This document shows, in pieces, positions 28,134-47,725 of a stretch of DNA of 64,000 bases. The translations under genes and the position numbers were made by a program. The notes beneath the pieces are model-generated. The model was not told the origin of the DNA and searched no databases. It saw nothing but the letters and a program-made list of their open reading frames with translations. Numbering within the stretch: the stretch's first letter is position 1; each line of letters begins with the position of its first letter. Origin of the DNA: the human T2T-CHM13v2.0 reference genome, Homo sapiens; the NCBI RefSeq assembly GCF_009914755.1, contig NC_060929.1; one strand, given 5' to 3'.

Positions 28134-30324
28134 TGTATTAGTTTGGTCTCATGCTACTATGAAGAAATACCTGAGACTGAGTAATTTATAAAGAAAAGAG
28201 ATTCAATCGACTCACAATTCCACATGACTGGGGATGCCTCGGAAAACCTATAATCATAGGGGAAGGCACCTCTTCACAGGGTGGCAGGAAAGAAGTGCAG
28301 AGTGAAGCAGGGAAAAGCCTCTTATAAAACCATCAGATGTCGTGAGAACTCACTCACTATCATGAGAACAGCATGGGGGATCTGCCCCTCACATATGTCC
28401 TCACATTTCAAAACACAATCATGTCCTTCCAACAGTCCCCCAAAGTCTTATCTCATTCCAGGATTAACCCAAAAGTCCAAGTTCAAAGTTTCATTTGACA
28501 CACGGCAAGTCCCTTCTGCCTATGAGCCTGTAAGATCAAAAACAAGTTAGTTCCTTCTTAGATATAATGGGAATACAGGCATTGGTTATACATCCATTCT
28601 AAATGGGAGAACTTGGCCAAAACAAAGGGGCTAAAAGCCCCATGCAAGTCCAAAATCCAATAGGGCATTTATTAAACTTTAAAGTCACAAAACGATCTCC
28701 TTTGACTCCATGTCTCACTCCAGGTCATGCTGATGTAAGAGGTGGACTCCGATGGCCTTGGGTAGCTCTGTCCCTATGGCTAGGCAGGGTACAGTCCCCC
28801 TCCCAGGTGCTTCCATGGCTGGTGCTGAGTGTCTGTGACTTTTCCAGACACATGTTGCAAGTTGTCTGTGGATCTACCATTGTGGGGTCTGTCTGGAGGA
28901 TAGTGGACCTATTCTTACATCTCCACTAGGCAGTGCCCCAGTGGGGACTCTGTGTGGGGGCTCAGACCCCCCATTTCCTCTTCTGTACTGCCTTAGCAAA
29001 GTTCTCCATGAGGGCTCTGCTCCTGTAGCCGACATCTGCATGGACATCCAGGCATTTTTCTAGATCCTCTGAAATCTAGATGGAGGTTCCCAAACCTCAA
29101 TTCTTGACTTCTGTGCACCCACAGGCTCAAAACCAGATGGAAGCCACCATGGCCTGAGGCTTGCACACTCTGAAGCAATGGCCTGAACTATATCTTGGAC
29201 CCTTTTAGCCATGGCTGGAGTGGCTGGGATGCAGGGCACCAAGTCCCAAGGCTGGACACAGCAGAGGGGACCTGGACCAGCCCAGGAAACCATTATTTCT
29301 TCTAGGCCTCCGGGCCTTTGATGGGAGGGGCTGCTGCAAAGGTCTTTGATGTGCCTTGGGGACATTTTCCCCATTGTCTTGGAGATTAACATTCAGCTCC
29401 CTTGTTATTTATGCAAATTTCTGCAGAAGGCTTGAATATCTCCCCAGAAAATGTGTTTTTCTTTTCTATTACATCATCAGGCTGCATATTTTCCAACCTT
29501 TTATACTCTACTTCCTCTTGAATGCTTTGCTGTTTATAAATTTATTCTGCAAGATACCCTAAATCACCTCTCTCAAGTTCAAGTTTCCACAGATCTCTAG
29601 AGCAGGGGCAAAATACTGCCCGTCCCTTCGCTAAAGCATAGCAAGAGTCACCTTTGTTCCAGTTCCCAACAATTTCCTCATCTCCATGCGAGACCATCTC
29701 AGCCTGGACTTCATTGTCTACATCACTATCAGTACTTTGGTAAAGTTATTCAACAAGCCTCTAGGAAGTTCCAAACATTCCCGTATCTTCTTCTCTTCTG
29801 AGCCCTTCAAGTCTCTAGGAAGTTCCTAACTTTCCCACATTTTCCTGTCTTCTTCTTAGTCCTCCAAACTGTTCCAATCTCTGCCTGTGACCCAGTTCCA
29901 AACTTGCTTCTACATTTTTGGGTATCCTTATAGCAGTGTCCCACTCTCTCAGTACCAATTTGCTGTATTAGTCCATTATCAGACTGCTATGAAGAAATGC
30001 CTGACACTGGGTAATTTATAAATAAAATAAGTTTAATTGAATCACAGTTCTGCATGGCTTAGGAGCCCTCAGGAAACGTACAATCATGGCAGAAGGCACC
30101 TCTTCACAGTGTGGTAGGAGAAAGAAGTGCATAGCAAAGTGGGGGAAAGCCCCTTATAAAACCATCAGATCTCTTGAGAACTCACAATTTTGAGAACATC
30201 ATGGGGGAACTGCCCCCATGACCTAATCACCTCCCACGAGGTCCCTCCCTCAACACCTGGAGTTACAATTTAGATTACAATTCAACATGAGATCTGGATA
30301 GGGGCCCAGAGCCAGAACATATCA
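28134..30324 (-). mobile_element. THE1C-like MaLR element (LTR-int-LTR); left LTR partly deleted, right LTR 29964-30324
   Basis: LTR signature 'aaggcacctcttcacag...ccttataaaaccatcagat'; internal region homologous to the neighbouring THE1A interior; flanks ATGGC/CTGGC (4/5 TSD match). Confidence 0.85.
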
Positions 30325-30329
30325 CTGGC

Positions 30330-30715
30330 TTACTTCTGTTACTTCCCAGAAAACACTAGTCTCTTTGTCACATTAAGACTCCTCTTTAGTTATTCCTTTT
30401 CCTGTTAATATTCTTCTCCAGCTTCTCACAATCTAAACTTCTCCTTTTCAGCTTAACCTGTAAGACCTGCCAGCTTTTCTCTATTACATAAGCCCTTTAA
30501 TTTCCTTAATAAAAACTTGATTCATTTACTCTTTCTTTTATGTGTGTACTATTTATCTTCCTCATAAGACTGTAAGTAGATTGTATGATCTTTGAGGGTA
30601 GAAATTCAAACTATGTTGTTCACTATGGTATTGTAATCTTATCATAGTGCCTGTCATAAAGTAGATGATAAGTAAATGAGTATTTGCCTAAAGAAGGAGA
30701 AAAAAATGAGTGAAT
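30330..30715 (+). mobile_element. L2 3' fragment (probably continues the piece at about 27740-28130)
   Basis: 'agactgtaag...tagtgcctgtcataaagtagatgataagtaaatga' resembles the L2 terminus. Confidence 0.4.
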
Positions 30716-32590
30716 CTAAATTTTTCAAATGAAGAAATTGAAGCCTAGAGAATTAAAATTTTGTCTTCGTAATGTTAAGCCATTGTTTTCTCATTAACTT
30801 AATATATATGTGTGTTTTAAACATGTCTGTTATTATTGCAAAGAAAGTATATGTTCCCCATAGCTTCAGAAGGCAAATTTTTTTAAATCTAGATATCACA
30901 TAAGGGCCCTGTCAATTGTATTCAGATATAGTAAGTTAGAATCTCTTCTCATATATGGTCTTATAAGTTACATTGATGACTTCAAGCTTCACACTAAGGA
31001 TGACAAGTCACCCAGTTGTTTTGTTGGAAAACAATGTGATTGGATATGCTCAAATGAAAATATACTTTTATCTTGTGGGACATTGGACTAGATGACCTCT
31101 GAGATTTAGCCAAAACTATGGTCCATGATTATGTGACTTTAACTTTTAAATGTTCAGTTAATATTATTTTAATATTCAACTTGGGGAAATTAACGACAAT
31201 GATTGTGTTTCTGTTTTCTGATAGAATACTCTGTTTGCAGGCAAATAGCATAAGTCCCAAATGGGGTCTTTGAAACTGTGTCATGTTTTTAAAACTTGTA
31301 TTAGCATATCTAAAATACAGCAAGTTTCTCACAAAGACTTTGACAGACTCATTTGAAATTCTAATCCATGAAACATATTGCACCATGTGATAGGGAAGTG
31401 TACCATATATTTTTGCCCATTTTTTAGAACATGTGTGTAAAAATATATCACGTATAAAATTTAGTATGTCTATTGCATATTAGATTGTATACAAAGAAAA
31501 GCAATAAAATATGCAAAAGCATGCAGAAGATTTTACTTAAATAATGAACTGAACTCTTTCCTCTTCTAGATCTTGGTGTGGATGGCTTTTGTGTGTGTAT
31601 CACCAACGGCTTCTCATCTCAGAAGTCTTTGGCACTCTCTCATCCAAGAATGATCCTACTCTCCATAGGTCACCCTCTATCATATTATTCATTTTTATTA
31701 TGTTTATGAAACTATTTTCTACTTCAAGATATTTGTTTATCTTTCTCCCCTTGTAGCATGTAAATTCAATGAGAGCATTGACTTCATCTGTTGTTTCCAT
31801 TATATAATCCTAATACTTAAAGTTGTTCTTCCTGATTCACAAGAATATATTGGTGAACAAATGAAAGACCAAATCAACAGTTATGTTAAGTTATAAAATC
31901 TCATTTCAAATCTTACTTTTGCCACTTATTAGTTATAAGGCTTTGATCAAACCACTTAACCACCCTAGGCCTGGGGATTCCCACTTAACTTAAAGCAAAA
32001 TTCCTTCACAGTATTGTTTTAGTGCTAAAATAAAATAATACATATAAAAATACATGTCAAACAGTAACAAATAAAATTTAAGAAATCATGACTGATATCT
32101 TACTGAAGAAAAATCATTTACTAGTAAGAAAATTTCTGAAATAATTTGAAACAAATTAAGTAAATAATTATTCAAATCACACATAAACAAAGTGTATAGA
32201 AAAATTAATTCAAATGTATTCTGCCATTCACATTTCACTGTTTCACAATGGGGCTGAGCATCTCCACTGACAAAATAAACATAAACTAGGATATTCAAGC
32301 CTAAAATTGAAATTGGCACCTGGGGACAATGATATCATTGATATATGTCATTTTTCCATTCTTTATTTAATTATTATTATTTTTTAAATTATACTTTAAG
32401 TTCTAGGGTACATGTGCACAATGTGCAGTTTTGTTACATGGGTATACATGTGCCATGTTGGTTTGCTGCACCCATCAACCCACCATTTACATAGGTATTT
32501 CTCCTAATGCTATCCCTCTCCCAGTCCCCCACCCCGCAACAGGCTCCAGTGTGTGATGTTCCCCGCCCTGTTTCCAAGTGTTCTCATTGC

Positions 32591-34648
<2,058 letters not shown>

Positions 34649-35608
34649 TGTAGGGGTGGGTTGCCCCTCCACAACTGTGGGTGTTTCTCGTAAGGTGGAA
34701 TGAGAGACTTAGGAAAGAAAAAGACACAGAGACAAAGTATAGAGAAAGAAATAAGGGGATCCGGGGAACCAGCGTTCAGCATATGGAGGATCCCGCCAGC
34801 CTCTGAGTTCCCTTAGTATTTATTGATCATTCGTGGGTGTTTCTCAAAGAGGGGGATGTGTCAGGGTCACAAGACAATTGTGGGGAGAGGGTCAGCAGAC
34901 AAACACGTGAACAAAGGTCTTTGCATCATAGACAATGTAAAGGATTAAGTGCTGTGCTTTTAGATATGCATACACATAAACATCTCAATGCTTTACAAAG
35001 CAGTATTGCTGCCCGCAGGTCCCACCTCCAGCCCTAAGGCGGTTTTTCCCTATCTCAGTAGATGGAGCATACAATCGGGTTTTATAACGAGACATTCCAT
35101 TGCCCAGGGACAGGCAGGAGACAGATGCCTTCCTCTTGTCTCAACTGCAAGAGGCATGCCTTCCTCTTATACTAATCCTCCTCAGCACAGACCCTTTACG
35201 GGTGTCGGGCTGGGGGACGGTCAGGTCTTTCCCTTCCCACGAGGCCATATTTCAGACTATCACATGGGGAGAAACCTTGGACAATACCTGGCTTTCCTAG
35301 GCAGAGGTCCCTGCAGCCTTCCGCAGTTTTTGTGTCCCTGGGTACTTGAGATGAGGGAGTGGTGATGACTCTTAAGGAGCATGCTGCCTTCAAGCATCTG
35401 TTTAACAAAGCACATCTTGCACCGCCCTTAATCCATTCATCTCTGAGTTGACACAGCACATGTTTCAGAGAGCATGGGGTTGGGGGTAAGGTCACAGAAT
35501 CTCAAGGCAGAAGAATTTTTCTTAGTACATAACAAAATGGAGTCTCCTATGTCTACTTCTTTCTACACAGACACAGCAACAATCTGATCGCTCTTGCTTT
35601 TCCCCACA
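34649..35608 (-). repeat. 3' LTR (LTR5_Hs type), 960 bp; polyA signal AATAAA at 34819-34824; U3/R carries the Rec-responsive element
   Basis: Direct repeat of 43145-44094; on the minus strand it begins TGTGGGGAAAAGCAAGAG and ends CCCCTACA. Confidence 0.97.
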
Positions 35609-35625
35609 TTTCCCCCTTTTCTTTT
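35609..35625 (-). other. Polypurine tract
   Basis: AAAAGAAAAGGGGGAAA directly 5' of the 3' LTR on the minus strand. Confidence 0.92.
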
Positions 35626-35645
35626 CGACAAAACCACCATCGTAA

Positions 35646-41178
<5,533 letters not shown>

Positions 41179-43124
41179 GACAATGGTTGCCCATTTTTAT
41201 CAAATTTAGAACAACATTGACTAGCCCAATGTTTTCCTTTTTTACATCTTGGACATAAGTCAGCTGGCTCTCTACCTGTTGTGGTAGTAGCTTGAATAGT
41301 TATATTCTGTTTATTTAAGACTGGGCAGTTCTTTTTTAAGTGACCAATTTGACCACAATTATAACATTTTCCTCCAAATGTTCTAACTTGTCCTCCTAAA
41401 ACAACTCCTGTTATTGCTTGAGCCATAAGCATAGCTTTATGCATAGCTCCTCCGATTCCATCACAGGCTTTTACATATTCTGAGATTACATCTGATCCTG
41501 CAGGAACCTTTGCTTTTAATGGCTTAATGGCTGATTGACACTCAAGATTGGCGTTTTCATATGCCATCAACTCCACTATGACCTTATGGGCTTTTTCATT
41601 GGCAATTGACTTTTGAGCAACATCTTGGAGCCTTGCCACAAAATCAAGGTAGGGCTCTTTCGAACCTTGTCTTACTGTATTAAATGAGGGGCAGGCTCTT
41701 CCTGGGTCTTGGATTGTTTCCCAGGCTCTAAGGCAGATAGCTCTAACTTGCTCAATGGCCTCATTTTGCATTAACGCTTGTTGACTAATAGTACTCCAAT
41801 TTTGACCTGTTCCTAATAGTTGATCTGCATCTATGTTAACTGGAGGATTGGCAGCCCTATTTCTTCGGACCTGTTCTTGTACCCCATCAATCCACCAAGT
41901 CTTAAATTGTAAAAATAGAGAGGGTGAGAGAGACGATTTTGCCAGAATCTCCCAATCATAAGGAATGAGTCTATGTCCATGAGCAATGGAATCTAATAAT
42001 GTCCTCATATAAGGGGAGTTGGGTCCATACTGTTTTACTCCCTCTTTCATATCTTTTAGCATTTTTATCGAAAAAGACTTGTATCTGGCCTCAACTGTGA
42101 GAGGCTCTCCCTCTTGGGCTCCTTCTCCAGGTGGCATCGGTTCTAACGTTACTGGGAATTGCCATGCCTCAGTATCTCCTTCCTTTCTTGATTTATCAAT
42201 AATTTCATGTAATTCACTACCCTGTCTACTAGGTGGTGCCATAGGATTAAGTCTCCTAGTGGGCGGCTGAGGGTATGGCACCCTGCCCTGTGGTGCTGGG
42301 GGTATTCCTGGATATCCATACTGACTTTCTGGGGGTGGCCGATACTGAAGTTCAGCCGGCAGCCAGTATTGATAGGCTACTGGCGGTTGGGTCTTATTTT
42401 CTTTAACCTGCGTTTGAGGTTGTAATGTTACAGGCACCTGACCTGCTGGAAGAGGACTTGTGCCTCATGGTTTAGACTCTAATGGCCCCACTAATTCGGG
42501 ACCTTTTCCTTCTAATTTTAACGTTTCAGGATATATCACCTCCTGTAATTGATTATAGTCAACATTTTGTGTTGACTGAGCCATCACCGGCTCTGCTACA
42601 TATTCGCAATGTAAACCTTCCATTTCTTTCTGGGATTTTTTCCTTGTCTTTTCATTACAATCTATTAAACAGCTTCCAGGGGCATCAGAAACTGAAACAC
42701 TATCTTCTTCTGTTTGAAATGGTTCTAAAGCTGCTTTAATAATGGCCCAATCATTCCATACTGTAAGTGGAATGATATTACCCTTCCTACCTGCTTGTTT
42801 TAGTTCCTTACCAATTCTTTTCCAATCTTTTAGATCTAAAGTTCCTTGTTCTGGAAACCATGGGCAAAATTGTTCTATTATTTGAAATAGCTTGATTAGA
42901 TTTTTTGTAGATACTTTAACTCCCCCTCTTTTTAAAAGAATTTTAATAAAGCTGAGATAAGAGGCATATTTACTCTTAATTTTACTTTTAGTTTGCCCCA
43001 TTATCACCCTAGCTTCTTCCAAGCGCACAAGCTTACCGAAAGGCTGACTGTAGACGTACTCGGGATCTCTCGTCGACTTGTCCTCAATGACCATGCTCGA
43101 GCGTACCTTCACCCTAGAGAAAAG

Positions 43125-43142
43125 CCTCCACGTTGGGCACCA
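43125..43142 (-). other. Primer binding site (tRNA-Lys)
   Basis: TGGTGCCCAACGTGGAGG, 2 nt downstream of U5. Confidence 0.93.
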
Positions 43143-43144
43143 GA

Positions 43145-44094
43145 TGTAGGGGTGGGTTGCCCCTCCACACCTGTGGGTGTTTCTCGTAAGGTGGAATGAG
43201 AGACTTAGGAAAGAAAAAGACACAGAGGCAAAGTATAGAGAAAGAAATAAGGGGACCTAGGGAACCAGCGTTCAGCATATGGAGGATCCCGCCAGCCTCT
43301 GAGTTCCCTTAGTATTTATTGATCATTCGTGGGTGTTTCTCAAAGAGGGGGATGTGTCAGGGTCACAAGACAATTGTGGGGAGAGGGTCAGCAGACAAAC
43401 ACGTGAACAAAGGTCTTTGCATCATAGACAATGTAAAGGATTAAGTGCTGTGCTTTTAGATATGCATACACATAAACATCTCAATGCTTTACAAAGCAGT
43501 ATTGCTGCCTGCAGGTCCCACCTCCAGCCCTAAGGCAGTTTTTCCCTATCTCAGTAGATGGAGCATACAATCGGGTTTTATACTGAGACATTCCATTGCC
43601 CAGGGACAGGCAGGAGACAGATGCCTTCCTCTTGTCTCAACTGCAAGAGGCATGCCTTCCTCTTATACTAATCCTCCTCAGCACAGACCCTTTATGGGTG
43701 TCGGGCTGGGGGACAGTCAGGTCTTTCCCTTCCCACGAGGCCATATTTCAGACTATGAAACCTTGGACAATACCTGGCTTTCCTAGGCAGAGGTCCCTGC
43801 GGCCTTCCGCAGTTTTTGTGTCCCTGGGTACTTGAGATGAGGGAGTGGTGATGACTCTTAAGGAGCATGCTGCCTTCAAGCATCTGTTTAACAAAGCACA
43901 TCTTGCACTGCCCTTAATCCATTCAACTCTGAGTTGACACAGCACATGTTTCAGAGAGCACGGGGTTGGGGGTAAGGTCACAGAATCTCAAGGCAGAAGA
44001 ATTTTTCTTAGTACATAACAAAATGGAGTCTCCTATGTCTACTTCTTTCTACACAGACACAGTAACAATCTGATCTCTCTTGCTTTTCCCCACA
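43145..44094 (-). promoter_or_regulatory. 5' LTR (LTR5_Hs type), 950 bp; TATA-like TATAAAA at 43576-43582, AATAAA at 43315-43320, OCT4-like ATGCAAAG at about 43415-43422
   Basis: Direct repeat of the 3' LTR with 17 substitutions and a 10-bp deletion (manual count). Confidence 0.97.
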
Positions 44095-45864
44095 GTTCTG
44101 TTTATATGATGGATTATGTTTATTGATTTGTGTATGTTAAACAAGACTTGCATCCCAGGGATGAAGCTGACTTGATCGTGGTGGATAACCTTTCTGATAT
44201 GCTGCTGGATTCTGTTTGCCAGTATTTTATTGAGGATTTTCACATTGATGTTCATCAGGGATATTTGTCTAAAATTCTCTTTTTTTTGTTGTGTCTCTGC
44301 CGGGCTTTGGTGTCCGGATGATGCTGGCTTCACTAAATGAGTTAGGGAGGATTCCCTCTTTTTCTATTGATTGGAATAGTTTCAGAAGGAATGGTACCAG
44401 CTCCTCTTTGTACCTCTGGTAGAATTTGGCTGTGAATCCATCTAGTCCTGGACTTTGGTTAGTTGGTAGGCTATTAATTATTGCCTCAATTTCAGAGCCT
44501 GTTTTTGGTCTATTCAGAGATTCGACTTCTTCCTGGTTTAGTCTTGGGAGGGTGTATGTGTCCAGGAATTTATCCATTTCTTCTAGATTTTCTAGTTTAT
44601 TTGTGTAGAGGTGTTTATAGTATTCTCTGATGGTCATTTGTATTTCTGTGAGATCAGTGGTGATACCCCTTTATCATTTTTTATTGCATCTGTTTGATTC
44701 TTCTCTCTTTTCTTCTTTATTAGTCTTACTAGAAATCTATCAATTTCGTTCATCTTTTCAAAAAACCAGCTTCTGGATTCATTGATTTTTTTGAAGGGTT
44801 TTATTGTGTCTCTATCTCTGTAAGTTGTGCTCTGATCTTAGTTATTTCTTGCCTTCTGCTAGCTTTTGAATTTGTTTGCTTTTGCTTCTCTAGTTCTTTT
44901 AATTGTGCTGTTAGGGTGCCAATTTTAGATCTTTCCTGGTTTCTCTTGTGGCCATTTATTGCTATAAATTTTTCTCTACACACTGCTTTAAATGTGTTCC
45001 AGAGATTCTGGTACATTGTGTCTTTGTTCTCATTGGTTTCAAAGAAAATCTTTATTTCTGCCTTCATTTTGTTATTTACCCTGTAGTCATTCAGGATCAG
45101 GTTGCTCAGTTTCTATGTAGTTGAGCGGTTTTGAGTGAATTTCTTAATCCTGAGTCCTAATTTGATTGCACTGTGGTCTGAGAGACAGTTTGTTGTGACT
45201 TCTGTTCTATTACATTTGCTGAGGAGTGCTTTACTTCCAATTATGTGGTCAATTTTGGAATAAGTCCGATGTGGTGCTGAGAAGAATGTATACTCTGTTG
45301 ATTTGGGATAGAGAGTTCCGCAGATGTCTATTAGGTCTGCTTGGTGCAGTGCTGACTTCCAGTCCTGGATATCCTTATTAACCTTCTGTTTCATTGATCT
45401 GTCTTATATAAAGAGTGGGTTGTTAAAGTCTCCCATTATTATTATGTGGGAATCTAAGTCTCTTTGTAGGTCTCTAAGGACTTGCTTTATGAATCAGGGT
45501 GCCCCTGTATTAGGTGCATATATATTTAGGATAGTTAGCTCTTCTTGTTGAATTGATCCCTTTACCATTATGTAATGGCCTTCTTTGTCTCTTTTGATCT
45601 TGTTGGTTTAAAGTCTGTTTTATCAGAGACTACGATTGCAACCCCTGCTTTTTTTTTCTGCTTTCCATTTGCTTGGTAGATCTTCCTCCATCCCTTTATT
45701 TTAAGCCTATATGTGTCTGTGCACGTGAGATGGGTCTCCTGAATACAGTACACTGATAGGTCTTGACTCTTTAGCCAAATGGCCAGTCTGTGTCTTTTAA
45801 TTGGGGCATTTAGCCCATTTACATTTAAGGTTAATATTGTTATGTGTGAATTTGATCCTGTCAT
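44095..45864 (-). pseudogene. L1 ORF2 5' part (endonuclease to start of RT), disrupted
   Basis: [46 protein letters not shown] and [20 protein letters not shown]. Confidence 0.93.
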
Positions 45865-45927
45865 TATGATGTTAGCTGGTTATTTTGCTCATTAGTTGAT
45901 GCAGTTTCTTCCTAGCCTTGATGGTCT

Positions 45928-46951
45928 TTACAATTTGGGATGTTTTTGCAGTGGCTGGTACTGGTTGTTCCTTTCCGTGTTTAGTGCTTCCTTCAGGAGC
46001 TCTTGTAAGGCAGGCCTGGTGGTGACAAAATCTCTCTGCAATTGCTTGTTTGTAAAGGGTTTTATTTCTCCTGCACTTATAAAGCTTAATTTGGCTGGAT
46101 ATAAAATTCTGGGCTGAAAATTCTTTTCTTTAAGAATGTTGAATATTGGTTCCCACTCTCTTCTGCCACTTCTCTTTCTGCCAAGAGATCTGCTGTTAGT
46201 CTGATGGACTTCCCTTTGTGGGTAACCCAACCTTTCTCTCTGGCTGCCCTTAACATTTTTTCCTTCTTTTCAACCTTGGTGAATCTGACAATTATGTGTC
46301 TTGGAGTTGCTGTTCTCGAGGAGTGTCTTTATGGTGTTCTCTGTATTTCCTGAATTTGAATGTTGGCCTGCCTTGCTAGGTTGGGGAAGTTTTTCTGGAT
46401 AATACCCTGAAGAGTGTTTTCCAACTTGGTTCCATTCTCCCCATCACTTTCAGGTACACCAATCAAACATATATTTGGTCTTTTCACATAGTCCCATATT
46501 TCTTGGAGGCTTTGTTCATTACTTTTTCTCTTTTTTCTCTAATCTTGTCTTCTCACTTTATTTCATTAATTTAATCTTCAATCACTGATATCCTTTCTTC
46601 TATTTGATTGAATCAGCTATTGAAGCTTTTGCATGTGTCATGAAGTTCTCGTGCCATGGTTTTCAGCTCCATCAGGTCACTTAAGGTCTTCTCTGCACTG
46701 TTTATTCTAGTTAACCATTCATCTAACCTTTTTTCAAGGTTTTTAGCTTCCTTGTGATGGGTTAGAACATGCTCCTTTAGCTCGGAGAAGTTTGTTATTA
46801 CTGACCTTCTGAAGCCTACTTCTGTCAACTCGTGAAAGTCATTCTCCATCCAGCTTTGTTCTGTTGTTGGCAAGGAGCTATGATCCTTTGGAGGAGAAGA
46901 GGTGCTCTGGTTTTTAGAATTTTCAGATTTTTTGCTCTGGTTTCTCCCCAT
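45928..46951 (-). pseudogene. L1 ORF1, disrupted
   Basis: MGRNQSKKSENSKNQS... coiled-coil start and C-terminal QPRILYPAKLSF...TTRPALQELLKEAL. Confidence 0.92.
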
Positions 46952-47542
46952 CTTTGTGGTTTTATCTACCTTTGGTCTTTGATGTTGATGACCTACAGAT
47001 GAGGTTTTGATGTGGATGTCTTTTGTGTTGATGTTGGTGCTATTCCTTTCTGTTTGTTAGTTTTCCTTCTAACAGGTCCCTCAGCTGCAGGTCTGTTGGA
47101 GTTTGCTGGAGGTACACTCCAGAACCTGTTTGCCTGGCTATCACCAGCAGAGGCTACAGAACAGCAAATACTGCAGAACAGCAAATATTTCTGCCTGATC
47201 TTTCCTCTGGAAGGTTCACCCCAGAGGAGTACCCACCTGTATGAGGTGTCTGTCAGCTCCTACTGGGAGGCATCTCCCAGTTAGGCTACACAGGGGTCAG
47301 GGATCCACTTGAGGAAGCAGTCTGTCTGTTCTCAGAGCTCAAATGCTATGCTGGAAAAACCACTGCTCATCTGAGCTGTCAGACAGGGACATTTAAGTCT
47401 GTAGAAGTTGTCTGCTGTCTTTTAAGCTATGCCCTGTCCACAGAGGTGGAGTCTATAGAGGCAGTAGTCCTTGCTGAGGTGTGGTGGGCTCTGCCCAGTT
47501 CGAGCTTCCTGGCTACTTTGTTTACCTACCCAAGCCTCAGCA

Positions 47543-47725
47543 ATGGCAGATGCCCCTCCCCCAGCTAGACTGCAGCCTTGCAGGTCAATCTCAGACTTCT
47601 GTGCTAGCACTGGGCAAGGCTCTGTGAGCATCAGACCCGCCGAGCCAGGCATGGGAGAGAAACTCCTAGTCTGCCAGTTGCTAAGACGATGGGAAAAGTG
47701 CAGTATTTGGGCAGAAGTGTACTGA
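47543..47725 (+). CDS. ORF0: L1 antisense ORF0 homologue, 60 aa (shorter than the 71-aa L1HS form)
   Basis: MADAPPPARLQPCRSISDFCAS... resembles L1HS ORF0 (MAGAPPPASLPPCSLISDCCAS, recalled); Kozak context GCAATGG. Expression unknown. Confidence 0.6.
   Translation: MADAPPPARLQPCRSISDFCASTGQGSVSIRPAEPGMGEKLLVCQLLRRWEKCSIWAEVY

Noticed and set aside
29760-29860. Tandem duplication of about 54 bp in the THE1 internal region
   Set aside because: Probably a feature of the subfamily consensus rather than of this locus.
44049-44333. L1 ORF2 frame running into the LTR and ending [14 protein letters not shown] (the Env tail sequence)
   Set aside because: Chance in-frame junction; upstream ORF2 is broken by stops and frameshifts, so a fusion protein is implausible.
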